64,000 nucleotides of DNA from Macrostomum lignano. Its lineage: Eukaryota. Of the stretch, positions 1 to 11,700 are shown piece by piece (the stretch's first letter is position 1; each line of letters starts with the position of its first letter). The stretch covers positions 1 to 64,000 of the forward strand of contig NIVC01000598.1 in the NCBI GenBank assembly GCA_002269645.1, given 5' to 3'. The position numbers and the translations under genes were made by a program. The notes beneath the pieces are model-generated. The model was not told where the DNA came from. It made no database searches and worked only from the letters and a program-made list of their open reading frames with translations.

Positions 1-134
1 TTTATGAATTCACAGTCATTTCTTCACAATAGTGATTTTCTTGAAATCTATTCATAAGGTTATGAATTTCTACTTACTCTTTTATTTAAATTATAACTTT
101 TTTATTTGATTTATTGATATGGCGTTTACTACTT

Positions 135-890
135 GTCTGTGAGTCGCATTCTCCAATGCACGGCTGGTCAATGATTTGTGCTAAGTGGGTGCCACAAGAG
201 CTGACAGAAGAACACAAAAAGCATGGGTGCAATTTTTGGCAGACAACTGGGCTGCATGGAACGAGCTTGGTGATAAGAAGTTCAAGGAGCTTATAATCAC
301 AATGAATGAGACGCCGCTGCCAATGTTTAATCCATTGACAAAGTAGCAGTCAATGCAGTGGGGGCCAAAGAGATGGCTACCACACACAGAGGCCATGAAG
401 TCAGCCTGGACCCAGAAGCCAGAACATCATGTGCATAGTGTGGTTTGATGTGCAAGGCATGTTACTCATTGATTACCTACCGCAAGGCCAGACAATCAAT
501 GCCAACTATGTGATTAACCAGCTCAAGCAACTGCGTGCTGCCATTCTATCCAAGTGCCAAATCATGCGTCAGAAGCCATTTATCCTTTGGGACAATGTGC
601 ATCCGCATGCTGCTACTTGCACTCGCGCCAAGGTAGAAGAGCTGGGCTTTTGTCAGCTAAGTCACCCAGCCTATAGGCCCAACCTCATGATTGCCAATTT
701 CCATCTCTTCGGTCCAATGAAGTTACCAATGCGTGGGCAAGTTTTCACAACATGTCAGGAGGTCATTGATGCCGCTAATGCATTGCTGCACTAGCTGGAC
801 TCTAGCTTCTAGAAGGCTGGGTTTGATAATCTGATTGAATGCTATCAGAAACAGAAATATAGCATTTAATGGTGAATATATGGAGTGCAA
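135..890 (+). pseudogene. Degenerate Tc1/mariner (mariner DD34D-type) transposase remnant
   Basis: Mariner motifs occur in order across frameshifts and stops: CAKWVPQELT (WVPHEL), IITMNET (GDE, first D lost), QSMQW, VWFDVQG, WDNVHPH (HDNARPH), HPAYRPNLMIANFHLF (YSPDLAPSDFHLF), terminal NGEYME. No TIRs identified. Confidence 0.85.
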
Positions 891-2850
891 CAGTGCTAGG
901 CCAGACAGAAAGAATAATATCAGTGATAGTGATAATGATTGGTAGGGATCAATGGCAGCTGGAACTTTGGTATAATGATTTATAGTGAAAGGACACTGAT
1001 TGATTGCAACGTGTTTTAGATTATTGCTTTTTGTTCCACTTGACACTAACAAAACATAATAATGTGTTGCCTTACTGTTTTTGACCAATCATTTTAGAAT
1101 ATTACCAGAAATTTCCCTTGTTATCATTGCATTAAAAAGTTTGCCTACAGGAAATCTAGAAACTTTTGCAATACCCCTTGTAATATATTATACATTTCTT
1201 GACTTGATAGCATTACTGAATATCTATTATTCAATATATAATGGTTTGTCTTCTTGTTTTGGTATTTTCTACACTTGTAAATTACAAGCTTATAATACAT
1301 ATATGCATAGTAAATGAAGGAGAAATTTACTTTACATTCATAATCACGATAATGCCCAACTTTGAAAATTTCATAAAATTTCATACTTAACCAAAACTTT
1401 TTTGCTGATCCAATCTCTAAAATTTTTTTGTATAAAATCCTTGATGCATTCCATGCATACTGACAACATTATATTAACATTGAGACAATAAATAAAAAAA
1501 TCTATTTTAGCTAATAATATATACATACAGGTATAATCAATAAACTATAAAGAAATGAAAAGTTCAAACTTTGAAGATATAAAAAAGTATATTTGAAATC
1601 TCTAGTTGAAATCTGTACTATATATTCACCATATAACCTTTATCTATACAACTATAGATATCATAATAAATGATCTTTAGAGTTTTAGACTTTAGTGTCA
1701 ATATGCTTTTTCTAGACTAGTGAGGCTTCCATATGCAACTCATATTTTTAGGCAAGGCTCTATACTACGCCATACTAATAGAGCTAGAGCTTACAGCTTT
1801 TGATAATACTAATATAACAAGAGCTATTGATTAAAAGACAAAACTAGTAGTTAGTATTATTAATATTAGTAGTGTTAAACTATGTAAATCCTTTTCATTC
1901 TTATCAAACGATTCAAACTGGTACGATTCTGCGCCAAATATTAAATATTAAGCAAGTGTAAGGAAGTGAAGGAAGTGAAGGAAGTGTAAGTGTATTCTAT
2001 CTTAATAAAAAGTCAAGATTTGAAATTAAAGATTTGAAGTTGATATGGCAGCATGGTAATTTAAAATCATGGGTCAAACTTTTTGCAGGAAAACAAACAG
2101 TAAAACAATTTGAATTTTCTTAGCATTGCACGTGATTGTAAACGTTTCTCTATATACTTCCTTTGTGGTGAACTCTTTTTAAAAAGATTACTGAATTGTT
2201 TATTAAGCGTTCAAAGTATTAAGTATTTTTAAAGAACGGTTGTAGATCCATCGTAATCATCGTTTTTTTTTTACTTTTATTGAGCAGCAATGATCGACCA
2301 TTTTTCTAACTTATAAAATCCGAAATAATCCAGAAATAATCGAAACTTTACGGAATAATGTTCATAATTTTTGTCACACTTTTTTACTGCAATGCTATGC
2401 TGATACATGTATGTGTACAGGTGTACGTATGATTACATGATTAAATTTCAAATCAAAGTACATTGTATAGAATTGGCTAATACAAGATTTACATGTACAG
2501 CTAGGTTTGCGAATTAACTTTATAATATATATGAGATCTCAAATATGACATTTCTGACGACGCGATAATTCGTGCATGTCAGTTCACACCTAGGTGTCGA
2601 TATTGTGCTTCGTACGTACATATATATGTATCCATATATGTTGAGTCCGTTTTTTTTCTTTGTGGCTATAGATGGTAGATTGTATCACAGAGTATACTGT
2701 GGATTGTATAATTTTGGACATTAACACGCAACGGCAATTTAAGCAATAACAAAGGGTAAGTTTTCTTTTTTTATGTAGAAAAACATCAAAAACTGTTCAA
2801 CAAAGAAAACGTATTTAATCAGGTAAACTAGGCCTAAATAGAAACGTCAC

Positions 2851-3591
2851 TCAAAAAGAATATCGATCAGATTGCGCCTGCCGCCAATCGTCACTTTCAT
2901 CTTCTTTGACGGAGCAGCCTGCACACGTAGTGCGCCGTTGGTCTGGACAGGCTCTTGATAAACATCCGCAAATTTCTCCAACGTAGCCTCGCTTATTGTG
3001 GTTGGAGTTTGGACGAACTAGCTTAACAATCTTATTGACATTAGTTTCGGAAACTGTATGATTCAGCGCCTGATCCACAGCCAGAGATGCCCTATACAAA
3101 CTGCGATCACGACGCATCGATAAGTAGCGCTTAACAGTTCGCTCACACTTTTGCCCAGTGATGAGCATGATCTCCTGGATAGTCTGGGCAACTCTAGTAA
3201 CTCTAGTTACTCTGCAGCTTAAGAAAATTTGGCAACTGATTAATCTAGATGCAAATAAATGTGTTTACAGAGAAACATTATGAATATGATGGGCAAAAGC
3301 ACAGATCAAACTACCTACCGTATGCAGCGGTTGGTGTACACCCTACTAAGGCCTGCTTTCTCACTGACGTTCTTCATAAACTCATGAAGATAGCTAAAGC
3401 CTCTAGCAGTTTTTCTTGGAGAATCTATAGCGATTCGCTGTAATCTTGACTGTCTACTTGGGCATGAATGACGTGCAAATCAAGTCGAACTCGCCGGATG
3501 TCACTCCTGAAATCTCACCATTCGGCATAGCTCCGTAGTTAAATAGAGGAGGCAGAACTTCTGCCACTGTAGTTGGCTCTGCGTCAGCCAT
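2851..3591 (-). pseudogene. Crypton/DUF3504-like tyrosine recombinase relic with one intron
   Basis: Minus strand reads HEFMKNVSEKAGLSRVYTNRCIR, then a GT..AG intron (3318-3212), then VTRVTRVAQTIQEIMLITGQKCERTVKRYL. This matches the YTNH(S/C)xR...IMxxTGH(K/R)...Y signature, with both catalytic His substituted (H>R, H>Q). Confidence 0.7.
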
Positions 3592-3919
3592 GGCGATTTC
3601 GTTTGCGTAAATGAAAGATGCAAGCAATCAAATCTGCTGTCTTTCTACTCAGCTCTCTTAAACCTTCTGTTTCCCTTTTTATGGGCTCAAAAAACTACAT
3701 ATTAATGTCGATGTGGGCCATAGACTAAAATTTATTTACACCCACACCCCCATTCTCACTCTCCCCCCTCCTCGACTCCTTCCGACGTCAACTAATGCCA
3801 TAGACGAAAGCGCATAGCAATTTATGCTTAAATTTGCTACTGCACTATTTTAGTTCCGCGCGCTACATGTAATAACATTAACACTCAAAAATAGTGCAGA
3901 AGAATATGTATCAGATTAA

Positions 3920-4006
3920 ACATGCCTTTTGAGGGAGTTATTTGTATAAATCACGAGGGCCTGAGGCCCGAGGAATTTATGAAAATAACTCCCGAAAAAG
4001 GCATGT
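3920..4006. repeat. Imperfect ~42-bp-arm palindrome/hairpin
   Basis: ACATGCCTTTTGAGGGAGTTATTTGTATAAATCACGAGGGCC / GGCCCGAGGAATTTATGAAAATAACTCCCGAAAAAGGCATGT are reverse complements with a few mismatches. Confidence 0.85.
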
Positions 4007-4021
4007 GTAATCTCGTATAAA

Positions 4022-4117
4022 CCATAGACATAAAGACTTTATGGGATATTATTGAATATTACCAAATAAAATCCCGGAGAACGCAAATATTGTCACGGAA
4101 AGTCTTTATTTCTATGG
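4022..4117. mobile_element. Tiny inverted-repeat (MITE-like) element
   Basis: The 19-bp ends CCATAGACATAAAGACTTT and AAAGTCTTTATTTCTATGG are inverted with 1 mismatch. Confidence 0.55.
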
Positions 4118-5769
4118 ATTATATCATTATTCCACACTTTTGCGGTCATACGAGTATTAGCCACACAGGCATTATGATGATATGTACTACATACCCGTGT
4201 ACTCACGATATTTAAAATTCGCTTCATTTGATAGCTGTGACAAAGACTGCCGAGGCGCGCTGTTGCGATCGACTGATTCCGCTACTAACCATGCAGCTTA
4301 GTTGTACATGTAAATGTACGTACTTACAATATACATGTAAAATGGACACTCAAATTTAATTTGCGGAAAATTTACATCAGAAACATCGAAAACTCGTCAC
4401 CCTTAGCTAAGTGTGCAAATGACGCCTCTTTCATTTGGCAAGTGACCGAGTTGCTTTTACTTGCAAAAAGCCTGGCGATCAACTTTTAAAATGTTTCTGA
4501 GTATATTTATGGCAAAATCATCTAGATAAGCTTATGGTTTCACAACCAGGTGATTTACTGACAGGATTACGGGAGTTTTAGATTCAGAGTTGGTTTACTT
4601 TGCTGCGGAGAAAAACAAATTATACTTTTGATTGTTCAATCATGCACGGTGTTCAGATGTATTACGCATTTCTCTCAAGGAATTAAAAATACTGCAAGTA
4701 TCACGAAGGCATGGCTTGGCAGTGACCGACCGCTTTGGTGTTTCTAAGGAAGCTTGATTTCAGAAAAAAAGTTTGGACTGGAGGGCACAGTGCTTTTTGC
4801 CTGAACAAGGAAGAATTTTATTTGAAAAAAAGCTGCGGAATACATTTGCCTATGAACATGCGGCCTTCCCCTGATGATGCGGATATTGGAGACAGAGCCT
4901 AGATGATGCTTGTGCGCGAATATTCCAGCTTCCTCTTTAAGACGCGCACATACTCTCCGCCCGCTGCTCTACTGAACACCATGAAGCAGCTGTTGTGGCC
5001 GCTGCTTGTTGTCAGGCAGGACGGATGCATGATCTGATGGGCCAGTAAGATGGGAGGCTGGAGGATTCGACTGCGTTAAAAGTGCGAGGAAGCCAAAAAG
5101 AATCGATAGGTGAGGACCTGCGTTGGGCGGGGGGGGGGGACGAAGGGTGGGTGGGTGAAGATCCAGCCGCCCAGATTGAAGAATGCCTGCCAGAGCCCTG
5201 GCAACTGCCCTCCATCCAGCGGCCTTCAACCCCAAGCCAGCGTTGCGCCAGAATTGCTAAAGTGAACTTTGCAAACCAGGGCTGAGGGCGTGTTCTGGGG
5301 TGCGTGCGTATGCGTTGTTTCAGTGGGTTTGCGCGAGCCTCGCTGGTTGAACAGCAGAGGCGGAACAGGCATCGCGGTGCAGCGGCGCTGTAAAAATTTT
5401 GCTTCCAGGAGGCAAGGAGATGCGGCGCACACCGAACCTCAGATGCTGCATCCAACCCCAGCCTCCGCCAGATACGAAAATTCTTCATAAAAAAAGAGCA
5501 GGCCGATTTTTTAGTGGCGCCCCTATCGCCGCTGGATCCTCTTCAAGATCCCTCGAACTGGTTATCACCCCTGAGACGACCTGACGCCGTTGCCCCACCG
5601 GGAGACACCACGCCCGCCCGCAGGAGAAATCTCCCTGAAGTTCTCATTTAAAGTTTCGCCGCGGCGTCGGGTTCACCGACTGTGAAGCGGGCGGCTGGTC
5701 TGAGTTTGAAGGCTCGCAGCGCCAGTCTGATTTAATTGAGACACCCCAGCAGCTTGAGATCAAGCAGAG

Positions 5770-8700
5770 ATGGCCGCAGTGACTGTTCGCCTCTACAGAG
5801 ATCTCTGCAGACGCCCTGGGGCTTTCGAGTGCAGGGCGGTGCCGATTTTCATACTCCGCTCACCGTGCAGCGCGTGAGTCTCTGCTGGCTGTTGAGCCAG
5901 CTTGCTTTCGTCTCATTTGGACAAACTTGTTTATCATTGATGGAACTTGATAGTTTACACTTCTCCGGCAAGCTAAGACGCCATCTTCGCACTCCTGCTT
6001 CTGAAGATTTATTAGCAGGCTGAGCTTGAATTTCTAATTAGCATGAGCTGAGAAGACGCTTACCATCAGTACGCTGCAAGTTTAGTGTAGACAGAGTTGA
6101 CTTTGTACCAGACGTCTAAGCAGTCCTGGTTTTGGAACTTCTGAAAGTTATGAATTTTAAAATCAATTACACTGAATTCAGTCTGTCATGCTTACCTCTG
6201 ATGCGATGCAGACCACATTCTCAGATGCTTTGGAGGCCACTTCACCAGATTAATCCATTCATTCCTCCCTCATCCAGGTGTTCACCGGCAGCCCGGCGGA
6301 GGGGGAGCTCCATCGGGGCGACACGGTGGTCGGTATCGACAACTACGACGCCACGACCATGCTGCACAGCGAGGCGCAGGATGTCATCAAGAACAGCGGC
6401 GGCACCCTGCTGCTCAACATTCGCAGGTCTGTCGGAAAATCGTTTTCCCCTAGTTTTCAAGCAGGACTGGAAACGCCAAGACACCCTACCCTAGAAAATA
6501 TCCTAGCCGATCATGGCTGTAAATTCAGGGAAGCAGTTTAAAGCAGACATCATGAAGCCATGAAGCTTCTGATTCTGTCCGGTCGTTTGTGATCCTGAGG
6601 GATTCTGAGCAAACTTTGGGTTCTGCTCCAGAGTCCAAGTACATGTAGGAATGAAACTTTCATTTTGTCTCATTGATCCACTGGAAGCGTAAGGAAGGGA
6701 TCTGGATGGGATGCCTCGGCATTTTCTAGTCATCTGATCGGGCAAGTTATCGATTGCGGTAAATTTGGTCCGGAGCTTCAGTTCGGCCTCCATTCCGGCG
6801 CTTAAGTTTCATTTTGACTTTTAGTCTACTTCTCGGGAAATGATGAAGAGAGAGCTGTCAAAATCGATTTCGACCAAAAAGCTTTCTGATATTCATACCA
6901 AAAAACCATGCAACTCACTGAAGATGTGTGCATAATTTGCGGATGTGCCTTTACAAGCGTAGCCTTTCTGCAAAATGCGACCCATTGACACACTGAGACC
7001 AAGCCGTTTTTGTTTCACTGTTAATTTATCTCCTGACACCCTGGCTACACTTCTGACATTTCTCCTTCGCTCCTGACTCTTTTGATCCTGCCACGCTTAG
7101 CTTCTCTGGTTCTTTTTGTTGTTTTTTGTTGACAACCCCACGGCTGACACCAAGCCTTCAACTCGCCTTTCACCTTTGCCCACCTCGCGCCCGCTCCGTC
7201 AGACCGCACGGAGCGGTTCCGCCGTCGCAGTCGAGCCGGGCGATGGCTGCCGTCTCGGCCGCGCCTCCCCACAGCCGGGTACCCTCGCAGCCCACGTGGC
7301 GGCCAAGCGGCCCCCGGCCGGAATTCGGCGTCCAGTACGGCGGCAGCCCGCGTGGCCGCGCCGCCAGCAGCCGGTGATGGCGCCGCAGCATCAGCAGCAC
7401 CAGCAACAGGCTGACAACTACATGATGGATCGGGTGAGATTGAGTTTATGTTCTGTTTTATTTTAATCTGGAAACATCATTTCAGTTTTCGCTACTCTTA
7501 GTAGTTAAGCCGAGATCATAAAGACGTTTTTTAAGGCGAAGAGAAGAAAGATTATGATGCAGTATGGTAGCGCATGACAGTAGAACTACAAGCCATAATG
7601 ACCTTTTCTACCAGGGGTTCTTGGTAGCCAAAGAGAAAAATGAGATTGTTTTCAAAATCTCTCATGAATTTTGCGCAAAGCAGTTTAAAAGTACGCTTGG
7701 TTTCATACTTTATTGCTCAATATGCTTGGCTAAGAACCCCAACCGTAGACTTCGCCGTACTTGGATGAATTAGAATTATTTTTGTACGTTTTTTACTTTA
7801 GCATTTCACGCAAGCCAAACCCGCGGTATGCCGACGCTTGAACCGAATGGGCAAACAAAAAATAGAAAAAATTAGTAAAAAGAGGCACCAGCGAGGAGAG
7901 ACTTCGTGGGCGTCGCTTTCAGCCCGACGCGTACTGTCTGAAGGCTTCTGGGGAATTTTCTCCGGACTATCTACTAACCTCGTAGCGGCAGGATTCAGCG
8001 GCTGACATTTCACAGGAGGCTGGAGGAGGGGAGAGCGGGCGGGGCGGAACTTCGAGTGCAGAAATCAATGGCCTCACACTGGCCGGGCAGGCGGTCCGAA
8101 TCCCCTCTTCCCCTCAGGCGCCCAGCGCTCCAGCAAATGAGGCGCGCTGCTGAAAACCGGCAAGACTAAACACGCCGGAAGCACCCGCGCGTACTATAAA
8201 TTGTCTCGCCGCCTTAGCTGGCTGAGGGAAAATTCCACCCCAGGGTGATACGACTGCAAAGTGGATCACACTACTCACTCTGAGTAGTAGTAAGTAACCA
8301 CTCATGCCGGCGGGAAGCTGCGGCAGTTGCGGCCTTTGTGGTCAATTCTTTGTTGACGATCAACTGTGCGCCCTCCGGCTGGAGGACCTGCCCGGGTTCG
8401 AGCTCCGCGTGCATACGGTGGAGGCCCACCTGCTGCGGGACTTGGGCCGCATTGGCTGCTGCTGCTGCGCCTGCCACGGTGGCTCCGGCCGGCATCGCCG
8501 GGGCGACTCATTTCCCAGCTTCCTTGAGCCGCTTCAACAACAGCTTCTCGTCGTCCCCCGCACTCGCCGATTGCAGGTGAGCCGCTCCCTCGCCACCATG
8601 GACCTGCAGGCCGCGGCGCAGAGGTCCATGGACGACCAGGACGTGGACTACGCCTTCACCCAGCAGAGCGTGGCCGACCGCAGGAAAGCATTCATGCAGC

Positions 8701-11700
8701 CGACCAGCTACGGAAACACCTACCATTCGGGTGAGTTGCTGAGATGAGTGGCCCGCAGCTTCTGACCAAATTAATTGAAGCATTTGCATTTGATCATATA
8801 ATCGGTAGCTATGGTCTCAATTTCACAGGTTTGATTGATACAAACCCAATAAATATTGAAATATCACTGACGCAAACAATTTGCAGGTCTACGCAGAGCA
8901 TTTGACGGTAAATGCGCGACTCATAAATCAAACCAAAAAAATATTTTCTCAAGTTTTGACCCCAGTTCATTCCTGCTCAAGCTGCTGCTGGCTGTTTGAA
9001 AAATCGTTTCATGACTGCCCCATCGCACTGTTATGCAGATTAACTGTAAAGTATTTTTAGAACCAACGCAGAAAGCCTTCCGCTGTGCCGTGTTGACTGT
9101 TTATACCTCATCTACCCCGAATAAGCTGCCTGATTGGACACAGGTGCAAATAATCGCAAAAAATCTGCTTGCAGAAGAAATCTGTCCAGTGCGATCCCTC
9201 CCGAGACAGAAAGAATAAATAAACACAAAATTAGGGCGCAAACTGGTTTAAGAAAGCTAAGACCAGATTTCGGTAATAATTACAAAAAGTGGTTAGAACT
9301 CCCTGGGAAAAGTCTTCTAGAAACTTTGAAAGCGTCACCGCTATTGCGTTGCACTCACCGAACTTCCTTTTGCCCACCAGAGTCGATGCTAACAAAGCGT
9401 GCGTCGGTTTGGCTCTCTGTTCAACCCTAGTGTGTATTGAATAAAACCGTACTGACATTGATCTTTTTTACCATGGATAGCCAAACACGACCCCAAATTC
9501 ACTCCTACAATGCTTCTACAAACCGCACATTGCTATCCGATTACACGCCCCATTGTCTACATGCACTTTCCAAAGAAAAATGCATTTTAAGGCACCCAGA
9601 CGCATTTTAGCAGCCAGTCCAACCTCTCTACTCTGCAGTGCCTCGGCCCAACTCGTCGGGCTCGGCTGCTGCCAACCGGTACCGGCAGAAGCGCCAGCCC
9701 GACCCGGTGCTCGGCCAGCGGGTGCCGGAGTTCGGCTGGACGCCGTCGCCCGATCTTCTGCGCCAGGCGCGCAGAGGCCCCTCATCGGCGGCCTTCGAGC
9801 AGCAGTCGTACCTACCCTCGCAGGGCCAGGGTGTCAGGGAGGACAGCCCGTTCAGGGCCGGTCGAAGCCATGGAGGTCGCGGAGCTCACGGAGATCATGG
9901 AGGCTTCGGAGGCCACGGCGGAGGTCCCGGAGGTCACGTAGGTCATGGAGGCCACGGCGGCGGTCACGGAGGCCACGGCGGCGGTGGCAGGCAGCGCTCG
10001 TCGGCCATGCTCCGTCTAAACAGCACGGGCGGAGGCGCCGAAGATCCGCCGGCGGAGGTGCCGGTGGCGTTCAATAATAAGCAGTACAACACGCCCATCA
10101 ACATGTACTCCAAGCAGAATGTGGCCACGGCTTTTGAGGGCCAGACGGGCATCGCGCTCGGCCCGGGGTGAGTAAAGCCCTGCAGTGAGTCACGACTGAG
10201 TGCATACTGGGTCCAAATGACGTCTCGGGATGGTTTAGCAATTCAGAGGCTTGCATTACTTGCAATATTCGGAACCTTTTGCAATAAAACGGTCAAACGT
10301 GACTGAGGGATTCAGCCTGTAGAGCGGAATAAAAAATCGAGTCAAATTTTACCTATACCTGGGCATGTCAGTCAGTGCGCCAGTCAGATTGCGAGAAAAC
10401 TGTCAATAGCTTCCGAAATGTCTGGATGTATTTTTAAATCAACACATTCTAAGACTACTGCCTGGTTGGAGTCACGCCAGAGGACCAATTATTTAGTATA
10501 GCCAAAAGAACACCGAGCATAAGGTAGAATGCCAAACTTTTCAACTGAAGCTGAAGCCAACAATGCGGCTTCCCGCGGGGCATCTACTTTTTGACCATAG
10601 ACAGCAATCACGCAGAAAGCCCCTTTTCTGCCCTAGAAAGCCTGAATGATTAATATATTCTCACAATTGTCTATGGTAGAGGCCAAATCTGCGACTAAAT
10701 CAAACTTACTTCACCCAGAGGTAAGCAAATTTAGATCAAATATTATACATACACTGGGCCACTCATTAACCACTTATGTGGCCATAGAAGCTAATGTAAA
10801 AAAATTTTGCAACTCGCGACAGCGCGAAAATCAACTACTGAACTTGTTTTCCCCAGTAGTATCGTCACTTTCTCAGTAGTCTCTGCAGTGCATGCACCAT
10901 TCTTTGTTTGATTGAGTAGCTTTTTATTTAATTCATGAAAAGCTCTATCAAATCATACTCAAAAATAGCGTTTATGTCCCTAAGCTATACTAAGCTGTCG
11001 GTTTTTCGCACAAGTGACGAAAAACAGCGGTCGCACTTTCCCTTAAGACTTAAGACGCACTTAAGACGTACCGCAATACAAAGTGGTCTATCTAGAGAAT
11101 ATAAGATCCATGCTTTAGACTAAATACATTTCACTTCGGCCCAAAAACACAGTTAAATGGTATACTAAACAGACTGCTGTCTATGGTCAAATAGTAAATG
11201 CCCGTGAAGCTGCATTATTGGCAATTCAGCTGCAGCTTCAAACTTCGGCATTCTACCTAATGCTTGGAACATAGCCAATGCGCAGTACAAAGTTTGAATT
11301 TCTAATGCCTTCGTTTGTCTGGAACACTGACAAACAAATCTTCTTATTCCTATTTATTTCTTATTCCTGAATTAAACAAACTCGAAAGATGTAGATCTTT
11401 TCTGAAAAATTATAACAACGTCAAGAACAGGTTGGTAAATCAGTGTCTGTCTTCACGTCATCTGAAGCTTTATTCCTGAAGGAGTTCCGCTTCACAGGCA
11501 CCGTTTTTGAGAAGAGATGGGATCCATCACGCACTTGTGTGAGCAGCATTTGAAGTCATAGAAACAATTCCAGCCTTTCCCAAGACAATACATTCTGCAG
11601 GCACTTGAGCAGCCTGCAATCATAAATATGATATGGTTATTCTGTTAATTTTCACTTAGCAATTTATTAATTACGAGCGTAGTCAATTAGTTGAGTAAAA

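Noticed and set aside
4190-5240. Possible head-to-head minus-strand gene upstream of the PDZ gene
   Set aside because: Only short exon-like fragments interrupted by stops, with no coherent reading frame or homology.
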